The notes under the pieces: generated by a model | The model's input: only the letters and a program-made list of their open reading frames with translations | The model's database searches: none | Told to the model about the DNA's origin: nothing | Assembly: GCA_049320885.1 (NCBI GenBank) | Contig: JBMORA010000043.1 | Coordinates: 25,566 to 89,565 of the forward strand | DNA: 64,000 bases | Direction of reading: 5' to 3' | Source: Thermodesulfobacteriota bacterium | Lineage (GTDB): Bacteria > Desulfobacterota > Desulfobacteria > Desulfobacterales > SURF-7 | Program-made: the position numbers and the translations under genes | Part shown: positions 40,324 to 49,030 of the stretch, in pieces | How the letters are laid out: each line of letters opens with the position of its first letter | How positions within the stretch are numbered: the stretch's first letter is position 1

Positions 40324-41325
40324 ATGAACCAACCCGTTCCATCAACCGCGGAAGCTGCGGCAACACCCGTCCTGCATGTCGCGCATTCGCCGCATATCCA
40401 TACCGAAGGCGTAACCACCCGGCGCATGATGTTCGATGTAATCCTCGCGCTGGCGCCGGTGACGGGCATGGCGGTATTCATGTTCCGCTGGTACGCCGTC
40501 AAACAAATGCTGATCTGCCTGGCCGGTTGCCTGGCGGCCGAGGCGCTATTCACCGTCATGCGACGGCGTCGGCCGCCACTCACGGATCTGTCGGCCGGCG
40601 TCACGGGATTGATCCTGGGGCTCTCGCTGCCGGCCACGGCTCCCTGGTACGTGGGCCTGATCGCCTCCGTCACGGCCATCGGCGTGGGCAAAACCATTTT
40701 CGGCGGGCTCGGTATGAACCTCTTCAATCCGGCCATGGTGGGACGGGCTTTTGTGATGATCGCCTTCGCCGGTTTGATGGCCGCCGGCGGGTTCGAGGAT
40801 CCGGCAAGCTCCATCGACGCCATGACCCGGGCCACCCCTCTCACGGCCTTCAAGCAATCGGGCGTCGCCACGCCCCTTGTGGATCTGTTCCTCGGATTCA
40901 CCAATGGATGTCCGGGTGAGATCAGCGCCTTTGCCTGCCTGCTCGGCGGTCTGTATCTCTGCCTGCGCCGCACCGCCTCCTGGGAAATCCCCGCCGGCGT
41001 CATCATCGCCGCCTTTCTTGTCGGCGGTCTTTCAGACCTGCTGCAATTCGGATGGCGCATGGACGGGGCGGGCTGGACGGTCCTGCACCATCTGGGCAGC
41101 GGCGCCCTGATGTTCGGCGCCTTCTTCATCGCCACCGACCCGGTGACCAGTCCCCTTTCGCCCAGGGGAAAATTGGTTTTCGGCGTCGGCGTTGGCCTGC
41201 TGGTCATGGTATTACGCCTCTTCAGCGGCTACCCGGAGGGAGTCATGTTCGCGGTGCTGATCATGAACGCCTTGACCCCGCTGATCAACCGCGTTACCCG
41301 CCCCAAAACCATGGGGGAATCATGA
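40324..41325 (+). CDS. rnfD: Rnf complex subunit D
   Basis: SPHIH, FGGLGMNLFNPAMVGR, TRATPL, ATDPVTSP, GYPEG. Confidence 0.96.
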   Translation: MNQPVPSTAEAAATPVLHVAHSPHIHTEGVTTRRMMFDVILALAPVTGMAVFMFRWYAVKQMLICLAGCLAAEALFTVMRRRRPPLTDLSAGVTGLILGLSLPATAPWYVGLIASVTAIGVGKTIFGGLGMNLFNPAMVGRAFVMIAFAGLMAAGGFEDPASSIDAMTRATPLTAFKQSGVATPLVDLFLGFTNGCPGEISAFACLLGGLYLCLRRTASWEIPAGVIIAAFLVGGLSDLLQFGWRMDGAGWTVLHHLGSGALMFGAFFIATDPVTSPLSPRGKLVFGVGVGLLVMVLRLFSGYPEGVMFAVLIMNALTPLINRVTRPKTMGES

Positions 41326-41972
41326 ACATGACAAATGGAAACCGAACGTCCTATCTGCTCCAGGCTTGGCTCGTCATCGCCCTGGCGGCCTGTTCCGGAA
41401 CCCTGCTCGCCCTGGCCCAGATCCGGCTTTCTCCGGTGATCGAAGCGAACAAACTGAAGGAAACCCTGACCCACGTGCCTTCCCTCGTCTACGGCGACCA
41501 GGTTCCGGAGCCGCCGGCTTTCGAAATCCGCAAACTGGCCGTGGCAGGAAGCGGGAAAACCCATGCGGTCTATGAAGCCAGGCTGAACGGCAATATCGGC
41601 GGCTGGGTGGTGGCCGCTTCCGGACAGGGGTATGCCGGACCCATCGAATTGCTCATCGGGTTGAGTCCCCGCCTCGATACCGTCACCGGCCTCTATGTGC
41701 TGATGCAGCAGGAAACCCCCGGACTCGGCAGCAAGATCGCGGAGGAGGCGTTTCGGGGTCAATTCATCGGGAAACCGGCCACCGGCGAACTTACGGCTGT
41801 TGCCAAAGGCAAAACAGCCGGAAACGCCATCGATGCGGTGACCGGCGCCACCATCTCCTCCCGCAGCGTCTGCGCCATCGTCAATGAAGCCGTTGCGGAT
41901 CTGCGGGAGCCCTTGCGCACGATGGACCTTCCCCAACAACCCCTGACCACGACAAAGGGAGCGGAAAAATGA
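41322..41972 (+). CDS. rnfG: Rnf complex subunit G
   Basis: [25 protein letters not shown] overlaps rnfD stop. Confidence 0.95.
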   Translation: MNMTNGNRTSYLLQAWLVIALAACSGTLLALAQIRLSPVIEANKLKETLTHVPSLVYGDQVPEPPAFEIRKLAVAGSGKTHAVYEARLNGNIGGWVVAASGQGYAGPIELLIGLSPRLDTVTGLYVLMQQETPGLGSKIAEEAFRGQFIGKPATGELTAVAKGKTAGNAIDAVTGATISSRSVCAIVNEAVADLREPLRTMDLPQQPLTTTKGAEK

Positions 41973-42589
41973 ACCAGCAACCCACCGCCATGGAACGATT
42001 TCTGTCGGGAATTCTTCCGGAAAACCCGGTCTACCGGCAGCTGCTGGGCCTGTGCCCGACCCTGGCGGTCACCAACAACCTGAAAGGCGCGGCCACCATG
42101 GCCGGCGCGGTGCTGTTCGTCCTGCTGTGCTCCAACGTGATCATCAGTCTGATCCGGGGGCTGCTCAAGCCGCACCTGCGCATCATCGTCTTCACCCTCA
42201 CCATCGCCACCTTCGTCACCCTGGTGGATCGGCTGCTGTCGGCCTATCTGTACGCCATGAGCAAGCAGCTGGGGCCCTATATTCCGCTGATCATCGTCAA
42301 TTGCATCATCATCTGCCGCTGCGAAGTCTGCGCCTCGAAGCAGTCGGTGCCGAAAGCCGCGGCCGATGCCGTCGGGCAATCCCTGGGATTCGCCATCGCC
42401 CTTTTCAGCATCGCCGCGCCGCGGGAATTGCTGGGCGCCGGCAGCCTGTTCGGCATCCGGGTGCTTCCCGCGAGCTGGCCGGACTGGGTCATCATGGTGT
42501 TGCCGCCGGGGGCCTTTCTGACCCTCGGCCTGCTGCTGGGCGCCGTCAACTGGATCGTGTCGCTGCGGCCCAAAACCGCCAAACCCTGA
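41969..42589 (+). CDS. rnfE: Rnf complex subunit E
   Basis: [24 protein letters not shown]. Confidence 0.96.
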   Translation: MNQQPTAMERFLSGILPENPVYRQLLGLCPTLAVTNNLKGAATMAGAVLFVLLCSNVIISLIRGLLKPHLRIIVFTLTIATFVTLVDRLLSAYLYAMSKQLGPYIPLIIVNCIIICRCEVCASKQSVPKAAADAVGQSLGFAIALFSIAAPRELLGAGSLFGIRVLPASWPDWVIMVLPPGAFLTLGLLLGAVNWIVSLRPKTAKP

Positions 42590-42600
42590 AGGAAGCATCC

Positions 42601-43416
42601 ATGGACTATTTCCTGAACATCGCCCTGATCGCCATCGGCGCCGCCTTGATCAACAATTTCGTGCTGTATTATTTTGTCGGCATCTGTTCCTTCATCGGCG
42701 TTTCCAAAAAAACAGATACCGCGCTCGGGATGGGCTTTGCCGTGACCTTCGTGATCACCATCGCCGCTTTTCTGAGCTGGACCATCACCGCCATGATCCT
42801 GGTTCCCGGAGCCCCGGTGACCCGCTGGATCGCCGGATTTTTCCTGGAACCTTCGGCGGCCGGGCGGATCGATCTCACGATCCTGAGTTATCTTGTCTAT
42901 ATCCTGGCCATCGCCGCGTCGGTGCAGTTTGTCGAAATGTATGTGCGCAAGTTCTTTCCGCCGCTCTATAAGGCTTTCGGCGTTTTTCTGCCCCTCATCA
43001 CCACCAACTGCGCCATCCTGTTCGCTTGCCTGACCATCATGAGTCATGTGGTCGGCGTGGATGATCCGGCGGACCGCTGGGGCTTGGTGGAGTCCCTGAC
43101 CCTGGCCGCGTTCGGCGGGATCGGCTACACCATCGCCATCGTCATCATGGCCGGAATCCGGGAGGAACTGGAATTCTGCGATATTCCGGCGCCGTTTCGC
43201 GGGGCCGCCGTCACCCTGGTGGTGTCCGGCATCCTGGCCATGGCCTTCATGGGGTTCACCGGCGTGGATTCGGGCTTGAAAAACGCCCTGCAACCCAAGC
43301 GGGAAGAACCGGGGAAAGCCGCCGCGGCCCTTATCCGGCCCGTGAATAGCCATCCGGACCGGACCATGCAGCAAGACCATGCGTCCCATACCCGTATGCA
43401 AAGGAGTTTGCCATGA
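42601..43416 (+). CDS. rnfA: Rnf complex subunit A
   Basis: [21 protein letters not shown]; start MDYFLN. Confidence 0.95.
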   Translation: MDYFLNIALIAIGAALINNFVLYYFVGICSFIGVSKKTDTALGMGFAVTFVITIAAFLSWTITAMILVPGAPVTRWIAGFFLEPSAAGRIDLTILSYLVYILAIAASVQFVEMYVRKFFPPLYKAFGVFLPLITTNCAILFACLTIMSHVVGVDDPADRWGLVESLTLAAFGGIGYTIAIVIMAGIREELEFCDIPAPFRGAAVTLVVSGILAMAFMGFTGVDSGLKNALQPKREEPGKAAAALIRPVNSHPDRTMQQDHASHTRMQRSLP

Positions 43417-44321
43417 CCTGGATCACCATCCTTTTGGCCCTGTCGCTGATGACCGTCATGGCGGTGGTCTTTTCCTTCATCCTGGGCTGGGCCGACAAGG
43501 CCTTTCGCGTGGAAACCGATCCGCGGTTCGAGCTGGTGGGAGCGGCCCTGCCGGGCGCCAACTGCGGCGGCTGCGGGTATGTCGGCTGCAATGAATACGC
43601 GGAAGCCGTGATCGCCGGCGAACTCGTCAACAAATGCGTGGTGGGCGGGGCCGGCTGCGCCGCGGCCCTGGCCGACATCATGGGGCTGAAAGCGGACGCC
43701 TCCCTGCCCTACCGGCCCATTGTGCATTGCGGGGCGAGGCTGTCGGACCGGCTGGGCCGCAATCCCTATTTCGGCGAGCAGCGCTGCGCTGCGGCCAATA
43801 TCGTCGCCGATGTCCAGGGCTGCACCTTCGGTTGCCTGGGATTCGGCGACTGCCAAAAAGCCTGCAACTACGACGCCATCCACGTCATCGACGGCCTTGC
43901 GACCGTGGACTATGAAAAATGCGTCGGCTGCGGGGCCTGCGCCAAGGCCTGCCCCCGCAACATCATCACCATCACGCCTTTCAAGGCCCAACGCATGCTG
44001 GCGGTCACCTGCTCCAACAAGGACGCCGGCAAGGACGTCATGAAGGTCTGCAACGTCGGCTGCGTGGGCTGCGGCTCCTGCGCCCGCATCTCGAGCCTGT
44101 TCACCATCGAGAACAATTTGTCGACCATCAACTACGAGGCCTACACGCCGGAGTGCAGCCTGGAGGTCATGGAGGCCTGTGAAAAATGCCCCCGAAAACG
44201 GCTGGTCTTCGTCGGCATTCCGTCAAAGGGGGACCTGGAGGCTGTCAAGGACGAACCGGCCCTGGAAGTTGTCGAGCCGGATTTCAAGACCACGGTGGAC
44301 GATACCGAATGGCGGGGATAG
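43413..44321 (+). CDS. rnfB: Rnf complex subunit B
   Basis: [18 protein letters not shown], several ferredoxin motifs. Confidence 0.95.
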   Translation: MTWITILLALSLMTVMAVVFSFILGWADKAFRVETDPRFELVGAALPGANCGGCGYVGCNEYAEAVIAGELVNKCVVGGAGCAAALADIMGLKADASLPYRPIVHCGARLSDRLGRNPYFGEQRCAAANIVADVQGCTFGCLGFGDCQKACNYDAIHVIDGLATVDYEKCVGCGACAKACPRNIITITPFKAQRMLAVTCSNKDAGKDVMKVCNVGCVGCGSCARISSLFTIENNLSTINYEAYTPECSLEVMEACEKCPRKRLVFVGIPSKGDLEAVKDEPALEVVEPDFKTTVDDTEWRG

Positions 44322-44337
44322 ATTCCCGGAGCGGTTG

Positions 44338-45771
44338 TCAGAAATACGCCGGCAAGCCTGCGGGGATGAATTCGAAGCGGCCGAACCCGCTGTTCCGTTT
44401 TTCCGCGCCGGTGCGGGCCTCGGCGGAACCGCGGATCACCGCATCCTCGAACAGAAACCGCCCTTCCGGGTCCAGTCGCAGACTGGGGCAGCGCAGCTGC
44501 CGCTCCACCACGGCGGTTTTGTCGGGATGGAGCCGGATTTCCTTGAAGGCGTGCCGGTAGCTGACATGCGGGCTCAGCACCGCCTCGGAATAACCCAGCT
44601 GCAGCTCGCAGGCGGTGAAATCCAAAAGGGGCCATAACTCCGGATGGAAATACAGGCAGGTCTTGTTGCCGGACAGATTCCACAGGCGGCTCTCCACCCC
44701 CCGGGCATCCAATTCCGCCGCCTGCCGCTCCAGGACCGCCGGTTCTCCGACTGCCGCCATGGCGCGGATGTAACCGCTTTCCGTGAGCGCTTCGTGGTCC
44801 TTCATGACATGCCGCGCGCCGCGTTTCCGGGCCGCGGCCCCCTGGTAATAATGCTTGTACACATAGGAGCAGTAGTTGATGGGCAACCCCACGTTTTTTT
44901 CGAGGGCCGACCGCATCAGGCCCAGGACCATCAGTTCCGATTCCAGCACCGTCACCTTTTCCCCGTGCAGAAACGTGTAAGGGCGGCCCTTCAATTGCTC
45001 GAAATTGTGGGGGGTCAGACGCAACTGGTGCAGGTTGAGGTGGTTCACGCCCGCGTCGAAAAGGACGGGCAGCAGTTCCGCGACTCTTTCCCGATCCTCG
45101 GGAATGGCGGGGATTTCCACGGTCACGCAGGGAATCCTTCCTGCGGCCAGCTCCAATTTCCCCAGATCATACTCCCTGGCGCTGATATCGAAGCGCATTT
45201 CGTTCAGGCCCGCGTCCTGTAATTGCGCGACGATCTCCGGGGTAAGCAGGGCCCCGTTGGTGTACAGCCAGAGATGCAAGCGGTCTCCCGCTGTCCGGCG
45301 CACCGCATTCATGTAGCTCACCGTCCGCTCGAGGGTCAGCAGGGGCTCCCCGCCGCTGATGCTGACGCCGGCAAAACCGAAATGCCGGATGTATTCGGCA
45401 TATTCTTGCGGCTGGCGGAAGGCAATGCGGTTGGTGGTGGGGACACTGAGATCGTCCTGGGCCGTGGGGCAATAGAAGCAGCGGCAGTTGCATTTGCCGT
45501 TGATGAACAGGCAGGACCAGCCGCCTTGGCCGCAGGCGGCGCAGCCGGGCGAAAGGAGGCCCAGGGCCAGCTTGGTCCCCTGATGCAGGGTTGCGACGGA
45601 CCGGTTTATTTCCGCCAGGCAGCTCGCCCGCTCGCTTTCCGCCTCCATGGCCCGTGCTTCGGTGATCCAGTTCAGCTCCATCCAGCGGCCCTCGTATTCC
45701 GCCTGGTTGGCCGCAACCATCCGGCCCCGGATGTCTTCCGGCAACGATTTGTGAACGGCCGACTCTTTCAT
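44338..45771 (-). CDS. Radical SAM protein (PFL-activase-related, uncharacterised)
   Basis: SPGCAAC, CNCRCFYC, SGGEP, YTNG, EMRFD, VEIPAIP; start uncertain. Confidence 0.88.
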   Translation of the reverse strand: MKESAVHKSLPEDIRGRMVAANQAEYEGRWMELNWITEARAMEAESERASCLAEINRSVATLHQGTKLALGLLSPGCAACGQGGWSCLFINGKCNCRCFYCPTAQDDLSVPTTNRIAFRQPQEYAEYIRHFGFAGVSISGGEPLLTLERTVSYMNAVRRTAGDRLHLWLYTNGALLTPEIVAQLQDAGLNEMRFDISAREYDLGKLELAAGRIPCVTVEIPAIPEDRERVAELLPVLFDAGVNHLNLHQLRLTPHNFEQLKGRPYTFLHGEKVTVLESELMVLGLMRSALEKNVGLPINYCSYVYKHYYQGAAARKRGARHVMKDHEALTESGYIRAMAAVGEPAVLERQAAELDARGVESRLWNLSGNKTCLYFHPELWPLLDFTACELQLGYSEAVLSPHVSYRHAFKEIRLHPDKTAVVERQLRCPSLRLDPEGRFLFEDAVIRGSAEARTGAEKRNSGFGRFEFIPAGLPAYF

Positions 45772-45790
45772 TTGATCTTGATCCGTATGG

Positions 45791-45952
45791 TTATCTGGTC
45801 TTTCGCCGGTAGTTGCAGCCGAACTCTCCCGCGGCCTTTTCCAATCTCTTGTCAAATGTCCAAAGGGTAACTTCCGTCAAGAGTGCGGAGGACAGAAGAT
45901 GGACATCCACGTAACCTAGCCCCTTTCCCATAATATTGCGGGATTCAATGAA
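45791..45952 (-). pseudogene. C-terminal remnant of a VapC (PIN) toxin
   Basis: Manual translation FIESRNIMGKGLGYVDVHLLSSALLTEVTLWTFDKRLEKAA...*; N-terminal half absent. Confidence 0.75.
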
Positions 45953-45970
45953 GTCGTCTTGGAGTTGTCT

Positions 45971-46489
45971 TTATCCCATCATTTCGTCCAATAGGTTCCA
46001 TGGCAACATCAATTTCATCGGGTGGCCAGGAAGTTCTTTAAAATCATAATGTTGGTAGAATCCTTTTGCAGTCGAGGTCGCACAATCCAACAATACCGCC
46101 ACGAAAGGCATGATATGCCCGGTGTGGTGGCAGTCAGCAAGCGCCTGCGCCAGCAAGCGCTCGCCAAAACCTTTCCCCTGAAAGCGCCGGTCCACCCCCA
46201 ACCAGGCCAAAGTGACGATGGGCATCATTGTGTCGGGTAGTTTGCGGGCCATATCCGGAGGGAGTTCATCAAAATTCACTTGCCCCATTGCCAGTGTATA
46301 ATAGCCGACAATAATATCAGGTTCTTTGATTAACATCCTGGTAACGGACAATCGTTTTTCCTGGGCCTGCCGCGCATGTTTTTTTAGCCAATCATCGACC
46401 CCATCAGCGCCGCTGCAAAACGCAGCGCGTTTGTGTGATTTTTCTAGCTGTTGGATGGAATAACCATGGGGCCACTGAACCGGCATCAC
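45971..46489 (-). CDS. GNAT toxin (AtaT/TacT family)
   Basis: FCSG..VDDWLK, VGYYTL, LGVDRRFQGKGFG, AKGFY; overlaps DUF1778 gene. Confidence 0.9.
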   Translation of the reverse strand: MMPVQWPHGYSIQQLEKSHKRAAFCSGADGVDDWLKKHARQAQEKRLSVTRMLIKEPDIIVGYYTLAMGQVNFDELPPDMARKLPDTMMPIVTLAWLGVDRRFQGKGFGERLLAQALADCHHTGHIMPFVAVLLDCATSTAKGFYQHYDFKELPGHPMKLMLPWNLLDEMMG

Positions 46490-46761
46490 CGATCCCCGCG
46501 CATGATTTCCCCGAGCCTTTGCTGGGCTTTTGTTGGTTTTCCCGTGGCCTGAAGCGCCAACCAGAATCTTTCCTGTTCATCGGCGGTCATCTGGAGAACC
46601 TGATTTTTGGCCTGCTCAACCTCCCGGTTTGCTGTGGGGACCAACACCAGACGGACATAATCGGACAAGCCTACATGCCGTAACTTCGCCGCTTGTGTTA
46701 CGATATGTTTGCTTCTGGAGTCTAACCGGACCTGCAGGGTCGTCGTCGCTGTTTCTGTCAT
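46486..46761 (-). CDS. DUF1778 antitoxin (AtaR/TacA family)
   Basis: RHH-like LQVRL..AAKL..LSDYV, MTADEQERFW; GGAGG RBS. Confidence 0.88.
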   Translation of the reverse strand: MTETATTTLQVRLDSRSKHIVTQAAKLRHVGLSDYVRLVLVPTANREVEQAKNQVLQMTADEQERFWLALQATGKPTKAQQRLGEIMRGDR

Positions 46762-46778
46762 AATTCACCTCCATGAGG

Positions 46779-46807
46779 AATGTACTGCACTCTGCATGCA
46801 CTGTCAA
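46779..46807 (-). promoter_or_regulatory. Sigma70 promoter of the DUF1778-GNAT operon
   Basis: TTGACA-17 bp-TACATT. Confidence 0.7.
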
Positions 46808-46902
46808 TTGCATTTTAGGTCAAATGCATAGTCTGATGAGGTTCTCTTTCTGGCTGCCGGCGATGGGTTCTTCTGTAAAAGCCGGATAGACCACACAACC
46901 AA

Positions 46903-46931
46903 TTGACAACATACATTTCTTATGTTATTTT
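46903..46931 (+). promoter_or_regulatory. Sigma70 promoter of the ATPase gene
   Basis: TTGACA-17 bp-TATTTT with extended TG. Confidence 0.6.
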
Positions 46932-46960
46932 TTTGGCCAAAATAGGGGTTTCTTTTAACC

Positions 46961-48352
46961 ATGATTGAGAGATTTTCCGATATATTTCTACGAGACTGGT
47001 ACCATAAAAACCGCCGGAAACCGCTGGTGATCAGAGGAGCCCGTCAGGTCGGCAAATCAACGCTGGTGCGTCGTTTTGTCCACAACCAGGGGTTGAAGCT
47101 CCATGAAATCAACTTGGAACAGCACCTGTTCCTTAACGATGTCTTTGCAACCTTGGATATCGATGTCATTATCCGTGAGCTGAGTGCCCTGACCGGTGGA
47201 AATATTCTATCGCAAGATGCAGTTTTGTTTCTGGACGAAATTCAGGCGACCCCCCATGCGATACAAGCGCTGCGGTATTTTTATGAAAAAAGGCCGGAAT
47301 TGCCGGTCATTTCCGCTGGCTCTCTGATGGAGTTCGCCTTGTCTGAGCTTACTTTTTCCATGCCGGTGGGGAGGATTGAATATTATCATTTGGGGCCGAT
47401 TACTTTTAATGAATTCCTGCAGGCAGTCGATCCCGGCCTTGTGACCTACTGCACAGGCTTTCATATCGGTCAATCCATACCCTTGGCGGCTCATCGCCAG
47501 TTGATCAAACGTCAGCGGGAGTATTTGTTTGTGGGCGGCATGCCGGAAGCCGTCCAGGTTTATGCGGAAGCCAATGCTTTGGGTGAAGTGACGGCTGTTC
47601 ACCGTTCCATTACAGAGACCTATCAAGACGACTTTTCAAAGTATGCCGGCAAAAAAGATCTAGCGTTGATGCAACGGGTGTTCCGGCAAATCCCGAGAAT
47701 GATCGGGCAAAAGGTCAAATACAGCAATATTTCAAAAGAAAACAAATCCAGAGAGGTAAAAGCCGTTATCGACCGACTGATCAAAGCCCGCATCTGCCAT
47801 CCGGTGTTCCATAGCCATTGTTCGGGGGTGCCCTTGATGGCAGACATCAATGAAAATGTATATAAGCTTCTGTTCATGGATGTGGGGATGGCGGCCTATC
47901 TGTCCGGATTGGACTGGATCGCTTTGCAAGCCCTGGATGGTCAAACCATTGTGAACGAAGGCAAACTGGCCGAACAATTTGTGGGGCAACACCTCTTCGA
48001 TCCGTTGGAGGGGCCCAAGTTGACTTACTGGCTGAGGGAGAGCAGGTCGGCGAATGCGGAGGTCGACTTCGTGATCAGCAGCGGCAGTCAGGTGATTCCC
48101 ATCGAGGTAAAGGCCGGCACCAGCGGTACACTGAAATCCCTGCAGCAATTTGTGCTAAACAAAAAGTCCGATCTTTGTATTCGGTTTGATCTCAATCCAC
48201 CGGACATCGGCCGAATTACGCATGCGGCCCGGGCCCGCGATGGCAGTGTGCCGGTATCCTATACGCTTTTGTCCCTTCCTCTGTATCTCGTGGAACAACT
48301 TCCCCGTCTGGTGAATGAATTTCGAACGGGCAAGAGCACCTGGGCTCTTTAG
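46961..48352 (+). CDS. AAA+ ATPase with DUF4143 domain
   Basis: GARQVGKST, FLDEIQ, VGGMPE, EVDF, PIEVKAG. Confidence 0.93.
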   Translation: MIERFSDIFLRDWYHKNRRKPLVIRGARQVGKSTLVRRFVHNQGLKLHEINLEQHLFLNDVFATLDIDVIIRELSALTGGNILSQDAVLFLDEIQATPHAIQALRYFYEKRPELPVISAGSLMEFALSELTFSMPVGRIEYYHLGPITFNEFLQAVDPGLVTYCTGFHIGQSIPLAAHRQLIKRQREYLFVGGMPEAVQVYAEANALGEVTAVHRSITETYQDDFSKYAGKKDLALMQRVFRQIPRMIGQKVKYSNISKENKSREVKAVIDRLIKARICHPVFHSHCSGVPLMADINENVYKLLFMDVGMAAYLSGLDWIALQALDGQTIVNEGKLAEQFVGQHLFDPLEGPKLTYWLRESRSANAEVDFVISSGSQVIPIEVKAGTSGTLKSLQQFVLNKKSDLCIRFDLNPPDIGRITHAARARDGSVPVSYTLLSLPLYLVEQLPRLVNEFRTGKSTWAL

Positions 48353-48609
48353 TGGCCGCGAAATCGGCGCTGGCGGCGTAAATTGCGAATCGAACCCTTT
48401 ATGGGCGGCTTTAGTACCTGATTAGGCCGCCAAGCCGGGTGATTTGTGTCGGGCTCATTTTTTTTGAGCCAATGTGGCCAAGTGCGCCACCTTCACCAAA
48501 AACGATCGCGGATTTTGGGCCCCTTTTGGGAGTTGCCATTTTTTTAATTTGCCGATATCATGCTCGAAAACGTTTTCATAACTGGATGCGTAGGACGGGA
48601 ATCGGGCGC

Positions 48610-48975
48610 ATGTATCAAGTCCGCATCGATAAAGACAAAAACCGGATCTATATTTCAGCGACCGAAATATACCGCAGGGAAGCGCGGAAATTCGCCGAGT
48701 TGATAAAAGAGGAATGCCAAAAGCTGAAACCGGGATTCACCTGCATCACGGATCTTCGCAGGCTCAGAAGGCAGTTGGGCAAGATCGACCGGATCATTTA
48801 TGATGTCCAGACCATGCTGGCGAAAGCGGGTATGAGCAAGGTCGTCCGGGTGGTGGACCCGGAAGCGGCGGACGTCGAGATGCAGTTTGAAGCCATCAGT
48901 GTCCTGAAGGTCGGCTATTCGGCCTATACAACCACCAGCATGCGAATAGCGGAAGAGATCCTCGACAAGCAGTAA
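48610..48975 (+). CDS. Hypothetical protein (possible STAS/SEC14-like fold)
   Basis: MYQVRIDKDKNRIY..LKPGFTCITDL..KVVRVV..AEEILD. Confidence 0.65.
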   Translation: MYQVRIDKDKNRIYISATEIYRREARKFAELIKEECQKLKPGFTCITDLRRLRRQLGKIDRIIYDVQTMLAKAGMSKVVRVVDPEAADVEMQFEAISVLKVGYSAYTTTSMRIAEEILDKQ

Positions 48976-49030
48976 AAGTCAACGAACGAACCTGTTTCTC
49001 TCCAGGAAAGAATGAATATTCGATACTATT

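Noticed and set aside
45791..48352. GNAT TA module and ATPase as integron cassettes
   Set aside because: No attC-like fold found at their ends
48390..48475. Structured RNA from hairpins after the ATPase gene
   Set aside because: Short GC stems with no recognisable family motif; may be simple terminators
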